Below are positions 26,734 through 36,238 of a stretch of 53,504 nucleotides of DNA, piece by piece. The stretch lies in the NCBI GenBank assembly GCA_964420305.1, contig CAYQSS010000001.1, positions 1 through 53,504 of the forward strand, given 5' to 3'. Source of the stretch: an uncultured Candidatus Saccharibacteria bacterium. GTDB lineage: Bacteria > Patescibacteriota > Minisyncoccia > Minisyncoccales > PWPS01. The notes beneath the pieces were generated by a model that worked only from the letters and a program-made list of their open reading frames with translations, was not told where the DNA came from and searched no databases. Numbering within the stretch: the stretch's first letter is position 1; every line of letters begins with the position of its first letter. The position numbers and the translations under genes are program-made.

Positions 26734-27801
26734 ATGCCAGAGTTAACAATTAATGTAATAAAAATTTTTCTAATTGGATTTTTTTCATTCCTTTTAGCTT
26801 TCTTGTTAACCCCGACACTGACTCATTTTTTATATAAGTACAGACTTTGGAAAAAAGAAATAAAATATGAATCAATAGACGGCAGAGAAGCAGAATATTT
26901 TAAAAAACATCATGCAACTGAAGAGACGAAAACACCCCGGATTGGTGGGTTGCTTATCTGGATGTCAGTTACATTTTTAGCTCTTTTTCTTTTTTTCTTG
27001 TCTAACTTATTTGATTTTTACTGGATAAAAAAGCTTGATTTTTTGAGTCGAGATCAGACGTGGCTTCCTCTTTTTACGTTAATTTCTGCGTCTCTAGTTG
27101 GATTAGTTGATGATCTTTTACAAATTTTAGATTGCTTTAAGAACAAGTTTGTAAAAAAAGGACTAAACCTACGTTACCGACTACTTCTAGTTTCTTTGAT
27201 TGGGCTTATCGGTGGATGGTGGTTTTATTTTAGACTTGGTCAAGACTTTATTTCAATCCCATTTTTTGGTGATATCCATCTGGGGTTTTTTTATATACCG
27301 TTTTTTATAATCACAATGATTGCAGTGTATAGTGGGGGAGTGATTGACGGGATTGATGGTCTTTCTGCAGGGACCTTTGCGTCAATCTTTACTGCATATA
27401 CAGCAATTGCTTTGTTTCAAGGACAAATTAATCTAGCTACTTTTTGCATTGCGATTGTAGGAAGCATTTTAGCATTTTTATGGTTCAATGTTCCCCCGGC
27501 AAGGTTCTATATGGGCGAAACGGGCGTAATTGGGCTTACTGCTACTTTAACTGTTGTTGCTTTTTTAACGAACGCTGTCGCAGTTTTACCAATAATTGCT
27601 TTTTTGCTTGTTATTACGTCCGCCTCGGTAATCATTCAACTCTTATCTAAAAAGCTATTTAATAAAAAAGTTTTTTTAGCTGCACCACTCCACCACCACT
27701 TTGAAGCCGTTGGATGGCCACCTTATAAAGTTGTTATGCGTTTTTGGATTGTTGGTGTTATTGTCGCAATACTTGGAGTAGTTATTCACCTTATTGGGTA
27801 A
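26734..27801 (+). CDS. mraY: Phospho-N-acetylmuramoyl-pentapeptide transferase
   Basis: 355 aa and polytopic, with the motifs GLVDDLLQ, IDGIDGL and PLHHHFE. Confidence 0.9.
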   Translation: MPELTINVIKIFLIGFFSFLLAFLLTPTLTHFLYKYRLWKKEIKYESIDGREAEYFKKHHATEETKTPRIGGLLIWMSVTFLALFLFFLSNLFDFYWIKKLDFLSRDQTWLPLFTLISASLVGLVDDLLQILDCFKNKFVKKGLNLRYRLLLVSLIGLIGGWWFYFRLGQDFISIPFFGDIHLGFFYIPFFIITMIAVYSGGVIDGIDGLSAGTFASIFTAYTAIALFQGQINLATFCIAIVGSILAFLWFNVPPARFYMGETGVIGLTATLTVVAFLTNAVAVLPIIAFLLVITSASVIIQLLSKKLFNKKVFLAAPLHHHFEAVGWPPYKVVMRFWIVGVIVAILGVVIHLIG

Positions 27802-27803
27802 AT

Positions 27804-29042
27804 ATGACACTAATTAGTGATTTGAATAATAAAAAAATACTTATCCTCGGCTTTAAAGAAGAAGGAATAGATACTCTTTTTTTTCTTCAGAAAAAAATAA
27901 AGTACAAAACGATTGGAGTTGCCGATGCTTGTTCTTTCGATGAGCTTGATAGGAAGATTAAAAACCTGCTAGATGATAATGTTGAAAAACATTTTGGCAA
28001 AAATTATTTATCCTCAGTCTCAAAATATGATGTTATCATTAAAACACCAGGAATTCCTCTTCATCTTATCAAAAAAAGTAAAAATCAGATAATTACTTCG
28101 CAATCAGATCTGTTTCTTTCAAATTGCAAAAGTAAAGTAATCGGTGTAACTGGAACGAAGGGGAAAAGCACTGTCTGCTTGCTTTTATACGAAACTTTAA
28201 AGAATGCAAAAAAGAATGTTGAGATTGTCGGAAACTTCGGAAAGCCTGCACTTTCTTATCTTCTTAAGAAAGATAGTATTGATTATTTTGTTTATGAGCT
28301 ATCAAGCTTTCAGTTACAAACAATCACAAAAAGCCCAAAGATTGCTCTTTTTTTAAATATTTTTCCAGATCATTTAGACAAGCACAAAAACTTTAAAGAG
28401 TACTTTGAAAGCAAAGAAAAAATTACTCTTTTTCAAAAAAAAGATGATTACTTTATTTACAACGAGAAAGATGATTTGGTAAAAAAAATTGCAGAAAAAA
28501 CGAATGCAAAAAAAATATCATTTCTTTTTGAATCACCAAGGGACGCAGTTTTACAAGTATTGGAAGTTTTGAAAATTAATAAAGAACACTTAATAAAAGC
28601 AGAGAAAAATTTTCGTGGTCTTCCACATCGTAATGAGTATCTCGGTGAATATAAAAAAATTCACTTCTATAATGACTCTGCAGCGACGATACCGGAAGCG
28701 ACAATAAAAGCGATAGAAGACACTTATAATCTTCAGACTATAATTATAGGGGGGTCAGATAAGGGTGCAGATTTTAAAAATCTTGTAGAAAAGATAAATA
28801 AAAGCAAAATTCAAAATATAGTTATATTCAAAGGTAGTGACAGAAATTTGCAAAAGATGATTAGTTCATCAAAAATTGTTTTTTTGGCTTCAAATATGGA
28901 AGAAGCGGTTAAATATTGTTTTAAAAATACTGATTGTGGGAAGGCTTGTTTACTTTCACCAGGATTTGCTAGTTTTAATATGTTTAAAAGTTATAAAGAT
29001 AGGGGAGAACAGTTTAAAAATTATATTCTAAAATTTCGATGA
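27804..29042 (+). CDS. murD: UDP-N-acetylmuramoylalanine--D-glutamate ligase
   Basis: GVTGTKGKST P-loop and Mur ligase domains, positioned between mraY and ftsW. The track ORF (27744) includes 20 codons that overlap mraY; ATG 27804 is preferred. Confidence 0.85.
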   Translation: MTLISDLNNKKILILGFKEEGIDTLFFLQKKIKYKTIGVADACSFDELDRKIKNLLDDNVEKHFGKNYLSSVSKYDVIIKTPGIPLHLIKKSKNQIITSQSDLFLSNCKSKVIGVTGTKGKSTVCLLLYETLKNAKKNVEIVGNFGKPALSYLLKKDSIDYFVYELSSFQLQTITKSPKIALFLNIFPDHLDKHKNFKEYFESKEKITLFQKKDDYFIYNEKDDLVKKIAEKTNAKKISFLFESPRDAVLQVLEVLKINKEHLIKAEKNFRGLPHRNEYLGEYKKIHFYNDSAATIPEATIKAIEDTYNLQTIIIGGSDKGADFKNLVEKINKSKIQNIVIFKGSDRNLQKMISSSKIVFLASNMEEAVKYCFKNTDCGKACLLSPGFASFNMFKSYKDRGEQFKNYILKFR

Positions 29043-30127
29043 GAAAAAAACCAGACCATATTTTAATTATTGTTATTGGGATGATTGCTTGTTTCGGTCT
29101 TTTTGCATTGGCGAGTACTCTTTCTTTTGGCTTTGATAGAAAATTTTTTCAACAGATATTTTTTGGTTTTTTTCCAGGAATAATAGCGGGAATAATTTTA
29201 TTTAAAATTCCTCTTTCACTGATAAAAAAATGGTCTCCCTATATTTTCTTGGCAAATATTATTCTTCTACTGCTTATCTTTGTTCCTTACTTTTCACAGG
29301 CGACAAGAGGAGCGACAAGGTGGATTGAGATTGGTCCGTTATCGTTTCAACCAACAGAAATTTTAAAATTAACATTTATACTTTATCTTTCCAGTTGGAT
29401 TATAAATAAAACCAAGAAACAAAAAAAAGACCTAAACTCTTCTTTAAAAGAACTTCTCTTACCATTTATTATTGTTGCAATGCTTGTGAGTGTTCTTCTG
29501 CTTTTACAGCCAGATATGAGTACTTTAGTGATTATACTGATGACTGCCTTTGTTATTTATTTCTGCGCGAAAACTCCGTTGTGGCACATAGGAATAATTC
29601 TTCTTTCTGGAGCAGCAGCCTTTCTGGTAATGATTTTAACTGAACCGTATCGTCTTCAAAGGATTATTGGAGTACTCCATCGAGAAGAAGATCCGTTGGG
29701 GATTAATTATCAGATAAGACAACTTTTGATTGCGGTAGGATCAGGTGGGCTATTTGGCCTTGGACCAGGAATGAGTATGCAAAAATATGGTTTTGTCCCT
29801 CTTTCTGCAACAGACTCAATTTTTGCCATCCTAGCAGAAGAGATGGGGTTTGTTGGGGCAATTATTTTAGTTATCCTTTTTTGTATTTTCTTTTATCGAG
29901 GGTTTTTAATTGCAAAAAATAATACAGATAGCTTTGCAAGACTTATTACAATTGGCATCTGCTTCTGGATTTTCATTCAAACTTTTATTAATATAGGAGT
30001 AACGGTAGGAATTATTCCTGTAACCGGAGTTCCGTTACCACTGATTAGTTACGGAAAATCACATTTAATAGTTGAGCTTGCTGCAATTGGAGTATTGCTA
30101 AATGCTTCACAATATGTAAGAAAATAA
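29039..30127 (+). CDS. ftsW: SEDS-family peptidoglycan glycosyltransferase, FtsW by context
   Basis: 362 aa with about 10 TM segments. It has SFQPTEILK and PLPLISYGKS motifs and lies between murD and murG. Confidence 0.8.
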   Translation: MRKKPDHILIIVIGMIACFGLFALASTLSFGFDRKFFQQIFFGFFPGIIAGIILFKIPLSLIKKWSPYIFLANIILLLLIFVPYFSQATRGATRWIEIGPLSFQPTEILKLTFILYLSSWIINKTKKQKKDLNSSLKELLLPFIIVAMLVSVLLLLQPDMSTLVIILMTAFVIYFCAKTPLWHIGIILLSGAAAFLVMILTEPYRLQRIIGVLHREEDPLGINYQIRQLLIAVGSGGLFGLGPGMSMQKYGFVPLSATDSIFAILAEEMGFVGAIILVILFCIFFYRGFLIAKNNTDSFARLITIGICFWIFIQTFINIGVTVGIIPVTGVPLPLISYGKSHLIVELAAIGVLLNASQYVRK

Positions 30128-30129
30128 AT

Positions 30130-31275
30130 ATGAAAAAAAACAAAAAATATAGGGTGGTATTTACCGGTGGGGGAACTGGTGGACACATTTTCCCGTTAGT
30201 TGCAATAATTAGAGAGCTAAAAGAACTTATTTCTAGCGATCTAATTGACATCTATTATATCGGGCCAAAAGATAGTTTTTCCGAAAAGTATATTAGCAAA
30301 GAAGGAGTTGAGGTCAGATATATAAACACGGGGAAATTAAGAAGATATTCGGGGAGTAGGGCGATACTGGAAAATATTATTGATCTTTTCTTTCGTGTTC
30401 CTTGTGGTATTGTACAGTCCTTTTTTCATCTTTATATTTCTTCTCCAGATTTAATTTTTGGTAAGGGAGGTCACGGATCTTTCCCAGTTATTCTAACTGC
30501 AAAAATATTTCAAATACCAGTTATTCTTCATGAGTCTGATGCAGTACTTGGGGCAGTTAACCAATTTTTACAGAAAATCTCAAGCGAAATTTTTGTTTCC
30601 TTTCCAAAAACAGAAAACGTTTTAGGAAATAAAATGTTTGTTATTGGGAATCCGATCCGGAAAGAGGTTTTAGACGGTGATCAAGAAAAAGCGAAACAAA
30701 TTTTCCATCTTAGTGGAGAAAAACCAGTCATTTTAATACTAGGAGGATCACAGGGGAGTGAAAGAATTAATGATTTGTTCTTATCTTCAGCAGCACCCTT
30801 TTTAGAAAAGTTTGAAGTAATTCATCAGTGTGGTGAGAATAATTATAAGCAAGTATTGGCAGAATCGAACGCGACAATAAAGGAAGAATTGCGAAAAAAT
30901 TATCATCTAACACCTTTCTTAAGCGAAGAAGAAATTTCTCACGCCTACAAGATAGCTGATCTTATTGTTAGTCGTGCGGGATCCGGAAGTATCTTTGAAA
31001 TATCTGCAGTAGGTAAAGCCTCTGTTCTGCTTCCACTGCCCGAAGCTGCACAAAATCATCAATTAAAGAATGCATATGCGTATTCCGCCTCCAGAGCCGG
31101 AGTTGTTTTTGAAGAAGGAAATATGTCTCCACGTTTTTTCCTTGAAAAAATTAAGGAGCTTTTTTCTCCGATTGAACAGATTAGAAATATGGAAAAAAAT
31201 GCAAAGAGCTTTTCAAAGCCAAGAGCGGCTTATGTCATAGCATCGTATTTAAAAGAGTATCTAACAAAAAATTAG
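30130..31275 (+). CDS. murG: UDP-GlcNAc:lipid I N-acetylglucosaminyltransferase
   Basis: 381 aa with FTGGGTGGHIFP, a GGSQGS motif and SRAGSGSIFE. Confidence 0.9.
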   Translation: MKKNKKYRVVFTGGGTGGHIFPLVAIIRELKELISSDLIDIYYIGPKDSFSEKYISKEGVEVRYINTGKLRRYSGSRAILENIIDLFFRVPCGIVQSFFHLYISSPDLIFGKGGHGSFPVILTAKIFQIPVILHESDAVLGAVNQFLQKISSEIFVSFPKTENVLGNKMFVIGNPIRKEVLDGDQEKAKQIFHLSGEKPVILILGGSQGSERINDLFLSSAAPFLEKFEVIHQCGENNYKQVLAESNATIKEELRKNYHLTPFLSEEEISHAYKIADLIVSRAGSGSIFEISAVGKASVLLPLPEAAQNHQLKNAYAYSASRAGVVFEEGNMSPRFFLEKIKELFSPIEQIRNMEKNAKSFSKPRAAYVIASYLKEYLTKN

Positions 31276-31276
31276 C

Positions 31277-32788
31277 ATGGAAAATGAAAATGTTCGCGTA
31301 AGATTTGCACCATCTCCGACAGGAAACCTGCATATTGGAGCTATGAGAGTAGCACTTTTTAATTATATTTATGCACAAAAAGAAAAAGGGGATTTTATCT
31401 TAAGAATAGAAGATACAGACAAGGAAAGATCAACTAGAGAGTACGAAGATAATATTATGCGAAGTTTAGAATGGCTTGGTATATCTTGGGATGAAGGACC
31501 ATATCGACAAAGTGAAAGAGCTGATACTTATAAAAAATATTTAGAAAAACTTCTAGATGAGAAAAAAGCATATTACTGTTTTTGTACAAAAGAAGAACTA
31601 GAAGAAATGAGAAATCTCCAAAGAGAAAAGAAAGAGCCACCAAGGTACGAGGGAAGATGTAAATCTTTAACGAATGACGAAATTAAACAAAAAATAAAAG
31701 AAAATTCTGATTTTACGATCAGACTAAAAGTTCCGGAAAACAAAGAATTAGAGTTTGATGATTTAGTTAAAGGAAAGGTGAGGTTTAATACAAAGGATAT
31801 TGGGGGAGATTTCGTAATTGCTAAAAGTGATTTTTCTGTTTTGTATAACTTTGTTTGTGTCGTTGATGATTACGAAATGAAAATAACTCACGTAATTCGT
31901 GGGGAAGACCACATTTCAAACACACCAAAGCAGATTTTAATATATAACGCTCTTGGGATTAATCCACCAAAGTTTGCACACCTTGCAATGTTGCTTGGGC
32001 CAGACAAAAGTAAATTAAGCAAGCGTCACGGGGCAACATCTGTTACAGAATATAAAGATGAGGGATATCTAAAAGAGGCGCTTATAAACTTTATGGCTTT
32101 CTTAGGGTGGCATCCGAAAGGGGAGAAAGAAATTTACAGCACTGAAGAAATTATTAAAGATTTTTCTTTAGAAGAGTGTCAAAAATCAAATGCCATATTT
32201 GACTACCAAAAGCTTGATTATCTAAATAGTATATATATCAGAAAATTAACAAAGGAAAAATTTGCCGAACACTGTATTCCGTATCTTATAAAAGACGGAT
32301 TAATTAACACAAGCTTTAAAGAAGAACAGTATCCTCCAGCATACGGAGGGATGTCCCCAAAAAATATTTTTTATGTCGGAAGGGAGGAAATATCTTTTGA
32401 AAAGATATCAGAGATGCTTTCTCTTTATCAAGAAAGAATTAAAAAATTGTCAGAAATTACAAAACACGTTGATTATCTTTTTCAGGAAGAAATTAGCTAT
32501 AATACAGATATTCTTTTTTGGAAAGACGCAAAGAAAGAAGATACCATTTCTGAGCTTGAAAGAGCTGTTACGGTTATTTCAAATATCAAAAAGTGGGATC
32601 TTTCTGCAATCGAAGAAACTCTCTTAGAAGAGGCGGAAAAAAGTGATAATCGTGGTGCTTTTCTTTGGCCAGTTCGTGCTGCTCTAAGCGGTAAAAAAGC
32701 CTCTGCAAGCCCTTTTGAGATAATATGGGTATTTGGACCAGAAAAGAGTATAAAACGGCTTAAAATAGCGATAAACAAGCTAAAATAG
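31277..32788 (+). CDS. gltX: Glutamyl-tRNA synthetase
   Basis: 503 aa with RFAPSPTGNLHIG (HIGH) and KLSKRHG (KMSKS). Confidence 0.9.
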   Translation: MENENVRVRFAPSPTGNLHIGAMRVALFNYIYAQKEKGDFILRIEDTDKERSTREYEDNIMRSLEWLGISWDEGPYRQSERADTYKKYLEKLLDEKKAYYCFCTKEELEEMRNLQREKKEPPRYEGRCKSLTNDEIKQKIKENSDFTIRLKVPENKELEFDDLVKGKVRFNTKDIGGDFVIAKSDFSVLYNFVCVVDDYEMKITHVIRGEDHISNTPKQILIYNALGINPPKFAHLAMLLGPDKSKLSKRHGATSVTEYKDEGYLKEALINFMAFLGWHPKGEKEIYSTEEIIKDFSLEECQKSNAIFDYQKLDYLNSIYIRKLTKEKFAEHCIPYLIKDGLINTSFKEEQYPPAYGGMSPKNIFYVGREEISFEKISEMLSLYQERIKKLSEITKHVDYLFQEEISYNTDILFWKDAKKEDTISELERAVTVISNIKKWDLSAIEETLLEEAEKSDNRGAFLWPVRAALSGKKASASPFEIIWVFGPEKSIKRLKIAINKLK

Positions 32789-32803
32789 GGGATTTTAAGG
32801 AAA

Positions 32804-33091
32804 ATGATCAAAAAAACACTAATTTTAGTAATATTTATATTTTTTATTGTTGTTTTCCTATCTTTTTTTAAAAAAGAAAGTTTTTTAATTAATAAGGTAA
32901 AAGAACTAACCGAGATGCCAAGAGAGAAGGTAGAAGATTTTTTGGAAAAAAAGAAAGAGAATATAGTTGAAGAGATAGATGTCGAGAAAGAAAATATAAA
33001 AGACAGCCTTCGAGAAAAAGGAATAGACTTATGGGAAGATATTGGTAATTCAATTTTTAAAAAAGAGACAGATGTTGACAACGAGGGATAG
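32804..33091 (+). CDS. Small membrane-anchored hypothetical protein
   Basis: 95 aa with an N-terminal TM helix and a charged helical remainder. Confidence 0.45.
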   Translation: MIKKTLILVIFIFFIVVFLSFFKKESFLINKVKELTEMPREKVEDFLEKKKENIVEEIDVEKENIKDSLREKGIDLWEDIGNSIFKKETDVDNEG

Positions 33092-33135
33092 ATAGAATAT
33101 ACTTCGCATAAGATAACTTTACCGAAGTTTAACGT

Positions 33136-34089
33136 ATGCAGAAAAGTAACACTCCAATAATAGAACACATACCAAGGTTTCTTGAATATTTGGATATTGA
33201 GAAAGGACTATCGAATAAGACTCAAGAGACGTACACGCGCTTTTTACAAAGCTTTATTAATTGGCTTTCTAAGAATAACTTAGAAAAGATAAAACCACAT
33301 GAAATTACTGACGAACACATCTGGAGTTATCGAGTTTATCTCTCAAAAAGAAATACAGTTAGAAAAGAACCAATTAAAAAATCGACACGGAACTACTATC
33401 TTATTGCCCTGCGAGCCCTCTTAAACTATTTTGCGGATAGAAATATCAGTTCACTCCCTGCTGAAAAGATAAAACTTACTAAAGAAAAAAAAGAAAGAAC
33501 CGTAAAGTTCTTAGACCTAAATCAGATTGAAAAACTTCTTCTTGCTCCGGATACTACTACAAAAACCGGACTTCGTGATCGAGCAATACTTGAGACTCTA
33601 TTTTCCACTGGCCTGCGTGTTGCAGAACTTATTAATCTAAATCGTGAACAGATTAAGAGCTCAAAAGATTCGGAAATACTTGAGGTGTCAATTGTTGGTA
33701 AAGGAAATCATCCGCGTACAGTTTATTTCTCAAACAGAGCCCTAAGGGCTATTTATCTTTACCTAAGAACAAGAAGAGATAGCGAAAAAGCCCTTTTTGT
33801 TCGTTACAAGGGTCCAAAGGAATCTTCTTTGAGACTTACCCCAAGGTCAGTCGAATCAATTGTTAAAAAATATGCTAAGAAGGTTGGAATTTCAATATTA
33901 ACAACGCCACATACACTAAGGCACTCTTATGCTACTGATCTTTTATCACAGGGCGTAGATTTAAGAATGATTCAAGAGTTTTTAGGACATCGTAATATTG
34001 CAACAACACAGATATATACTCACATCACTAGTCAGAAATTAAGAGATATTCACAAAAAATTTCATAGCGGGAAGGAAATGAAAGAATAG
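33136..34089 (+). CDS. xerC: Tyrosine recombinase XerC/XerD family
   Basis: 317 aa with a core-binding N-domain and a catalytic domain carrying GLRVAEL (R), HTLRHSYATDLL (H-x-x-R) and LGHRNIATTQIYTH (H...Y). Confidence 0.85.
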   Translation: MQKSNTPIIEHIPRFLEYLDIEKGLSNKTQETYTRFLQSFINWLSKNNLEKIKPHEITDEHIWSYRVYLSKRNTVRKEPIKKSTRNYYLIALRALLNYFADRNISSLPAEKIKLTKEKKERTVKFLDLNQIEKLLLAPDTTTKTGLRDRAILETLFSTGLRVAELINLNREQIKSSKDSEILEVSIVGKGNHPRTVYFSNRALRAIYLYLRTRRDSEKALFVRYKGPKESSLRLTPRSVESIVKKYAKKVGISILTTPHTLRHSYATDLLSQGVDLRMIQEFLGHRNIATTQIYTHITSQKLRDIHKKFHSGKEMKE

Positions 34090-34134
34090 TTCCCTATTAT
34101 CGCGATGTGTGCTAATATCTATTGACAATATATT

Positions 34135-34314
34135 TTATCTATTGTCTGGTATAGAATAAGGCTGATTAAACTCTAGGGGTTCCTTTTCTTCCATTTTAGC
34201 AATTATATATCCAAGAGAAAACGAAAATGTTGATACGAGGAATACGCCAATAAAAAGAAGAATGTCTCCCCTATTCTTTTTGACAAATTCTTTAATTTTT
34301 GGTATCATTTGCAT
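34135..34314 (-). CDS. Small single-TM hypothetical protein (59 aa; below the ORF-track size cut-off)
   Basis: Minus-strand ORF MQMIPKIKEFVKKNRGDILLFIGVFLVSTFSFSLGYIIAKMEEKEPLEFNQPYSIPDNR*. It fills the only large gap (34090-34341) and has one clear TM helix. Confidence 0.4.
   Translation of the reverse strand: MQMIPKIKEFVKKNRGDILLFIGVFLVSTFSFSLGYIIAKMEEKEPLEFNQPYSIPDNR
34280..34308 (+). promoter_or_regulatory. Sigma-70-type promoter of rpmA
   Basis: TTGACA (34280-34285), 17 nt, then (TGg)TATCAT (34303-34308): a consensus -35 plus an extended -10, 33 nt upstream of ATG 34342. Confidence 0.5.
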
Positions 34315-34341
34315 CGTAATTATTTAAGTATATAAAAAAAT

Positions 34342-34644
34342 ATGGCAACAACCAAATCCGCCGGAACAGTCAAGACTGGAAGAGATTCACAACCAAAATA
34401 TCTTGGCGTGAAGGTTTACGGTGATCAAAAAGTAAAAAATGGCGATATAATAATTCGTCAACATGGAAGCAAATTTGTTCCTGGTAAAAATGTTAGAAAA
34501 GGACGCGATGATACCTTGTATGCTATAAAGGAAGGTATCGTTAAATTTTTAACAGTAAGAAAAAAAGGATATGACGGCGTTCAGAAAAGAGTTAAAATTG
34601 TTAACGTTGAGACCTCTTTAAAGCCGCCTTCAAAAACTCAATAA
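34342..34644 (+). CDS. rpmA: 50S ribosomal protein L27
   Basis: 100 aa: [56 protein letters not shown]. It is about 12 aa longer at the C-terminus than typical L27. Confidence 0.9.
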   Translation: MATTKSAGTVKTGRDSQPKYLGVKVYGDQKVKNGDIIIRQHGSKFVPGKNVRKGRDDTLYAIKEGIVKFLTVRKKGYDGVQKRVKIVNVETSLKPPSKTQ

Positions 34645-36238
34645 ATAATGGATGTCCGGTAAGTGGACGTGATTTGAATTCTGGATGAAATTGCACTCCT
34701 ACAAAGAAGGGGTGTTTTTTTATTTCAACAATTTCTACCAAATCAAGTTCTGTATTTGTCCCTGCGATGATTAATCCATTTTTTTCTAAAACTTCGCGAA
34801 AACAATTATTAATCTCATAACGGTGTCGATGTCTTTCACTGATTGTTTTTGCCTTGTAGGCTTTGGAGCTTATCGTATCTTTTTTTAGCTCACAGTTATA
34901 AGCACCAAGACGCATTGTTCCACCATAATTATTTTTGTTCATCAATTCTTTTTGCGATTCCATAATATCAATTACGGGGTTTTTACAGTTTTGGTCAAAT
35001 TCTACAGATGAGGCGTCTCTGATTTTACATTTATTCCTTGCAAACTCAATTACCGCAAGTTGCATCCCCAAACAAAGTCCAAAAAATGGAATCTTTTTTT
35101 CGCGGCAGTAACCTATTGCATTAATTTTTCCTTCTACTCCCCTACTTCCAAATCCTCCTGGAATAATCACACCATCGTAATCTAATAATTCCTTAAGATT
35201 TTTCTTATCTTTCTCATATTTTTCTGAAGAAAGCCAAGTTATTTCCTCTTTACAGCCAATTTTCCAAGCAGCGTGCTTTACTGCTTCAATAACTGAAATA
35301 TAGGAGTCAGAGAGAACAAAAGCACCTGTTTCAAAGTATTTTCCGACAATAGCGATCTTTACTTTTTTACTTACTTTCTTAGACTTCTCAATAACTTTCT
35401 TCCATTCAGCAAGTCCTTTTTGGTTTCTCTTTAAGGGAACATTTAATTTCTTTAAAACCCTTTCACCCATCTTTTCTTCATCAAGTAAAAGTGGGACATC
35501 ATAAATAGATTGAGTGTCGGGAGCAGAAATAACATCTTGTTCGTCAATATTACAGAAAATGGATATTTTCTTTTTTCTTGGTTTATCAATTGGAAAAGAA
35601 GATCTTCCAACAATTAGGTCTGGTTGAAGTCCAGCTTCGTTTAGCAATCTACTTGCGCTCTGAGTTGGTTTAGTTTTCATTTCGCCAATTGTTTTTGGAA
35701 TTGGTAAGTAACTTACTAATACGATAAGAACATCTTTCGGATTTTTTAGTTTCATCATTCTCGCTGCTTCCAGAAAAAGAAGATTTTGATATTCTCCGAT
35801 TGTTCCGCCAATTTCGATTAGAACAAAATCAGACCCTGTAACTTGTCCTGCTTTCTTAATTCTATAAATTACTTCGTTAGGGATGTGTGGGACAACCTCA
35901 ACGCATTTTCCATCATACTCAAGATTTCTCTCTTTGTTAATTACTGTTTGATAAACTTTTCCAGTGGTAAGATAATTATCTTTTGTGATATTAGTATTGG
36001 AAAACCTTTCATAGTTTCCAATATCCTGATCACACTCTGCGCCATCATCTGTGACAAAAACTTCACCATGTTCTACGGGATTCATTGTTCCAGCATCAAC
36101 GTTAACATAAGGATCAATCTTCATTGCTGTGGCCCTATATCCTTTACCTTCAAGAATTTTTAAAAGAGAAGAGGTGGTGATCCCCTTCCCAATTCCAGAC
36201 ATTACGCCGCCAGTAATAAATATGTATTTCTTTGTCAT
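34601..36238 (-). CDS. pyrG: CTP synthase
   Basis: 545 aa with an N-terminal [12 protein letters not shown] and a glutamine amidotransferase domain (GLCLGMQ catalytic Cys, and HPEF). Confidence 0.95.
   Translation of the reverse strand: MTKKYIFITGGVMSGIGKGITTSSLLKILEGKGYRATAMKIDPYVNVDAGTMNPVEHGEVFVTDDGAECDQDIGNYERFSNTNITKDNYLTTGKVYQTVINKERNLEYDGKCVEVVPHIPNEVIYRIKKAGQVTGSDFVLIEIGGTIGEYQNLLFLEAARMMKLKNPKDVLIVLVSYLPIPKTIGEMKTKPTQSASRLLNEAGLQPDLIVGRSSFPIDKPRKKKISIFCNIDEQDVISAPDTQSIYDVPLLLDEEKMGERVLKKLNVPLKRNQKGLAEWKKVIEKSKKVSKKVKIAIVGKYFETGAFVLSDSYISVIEAVKHAAWKIGCKEEITWLSSEKYEKDKKNLKELLDYDGVIIPGGFGSRGVEGKINAIGYCREKKIPFFGLCLGMQLAVIEFARNKCKIRDASSVEFDQNCKNPVIDIMESQKELMNKNNYGGTMRLGAYNCELKKDTISSKAYKAKTISERHRHRYEINNCFREVLEKNGLIIAGTNTELDLVEIVEIKKHPFFVGVQFHPEFKSRPLTGHPLFIEFLKAALKRSQR

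Noticed and set aside
32497-33168. A long (223 aa) minus-strand ORF spanning the gltX 3' end, the 95-aa gene and the xerC start
   Set aside because: Its translation is S/F/I-rich and low-complexity, which is typical of the antisense frame of K/E-rich AT-rich genes. It overlaps three well-supported + strand genes and has no recognisable motifs.
33136-34089. A tyrosine recombinase as a possible marker of an integrated mobile element
   Set aside because: It has the full XerC/XerD-type motifs. It is flanked by housekeeping genes (gltX and rpmA), with no adjacent tRNA, direct repeats or phage or plasmid genes. It is most simply the chromosomal dimer-resolution recombinase.
34122-34160. A second TTGACA hexamer (34122-34127) downstream of xerC as a possible promoter
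   Set aside because: No acceptable -10 hexamer lies at a 16-18-nt spacing, and the nearest TATAGA is 22 nt away. It also lies inside the 3' end of the small minus-strand ORF.
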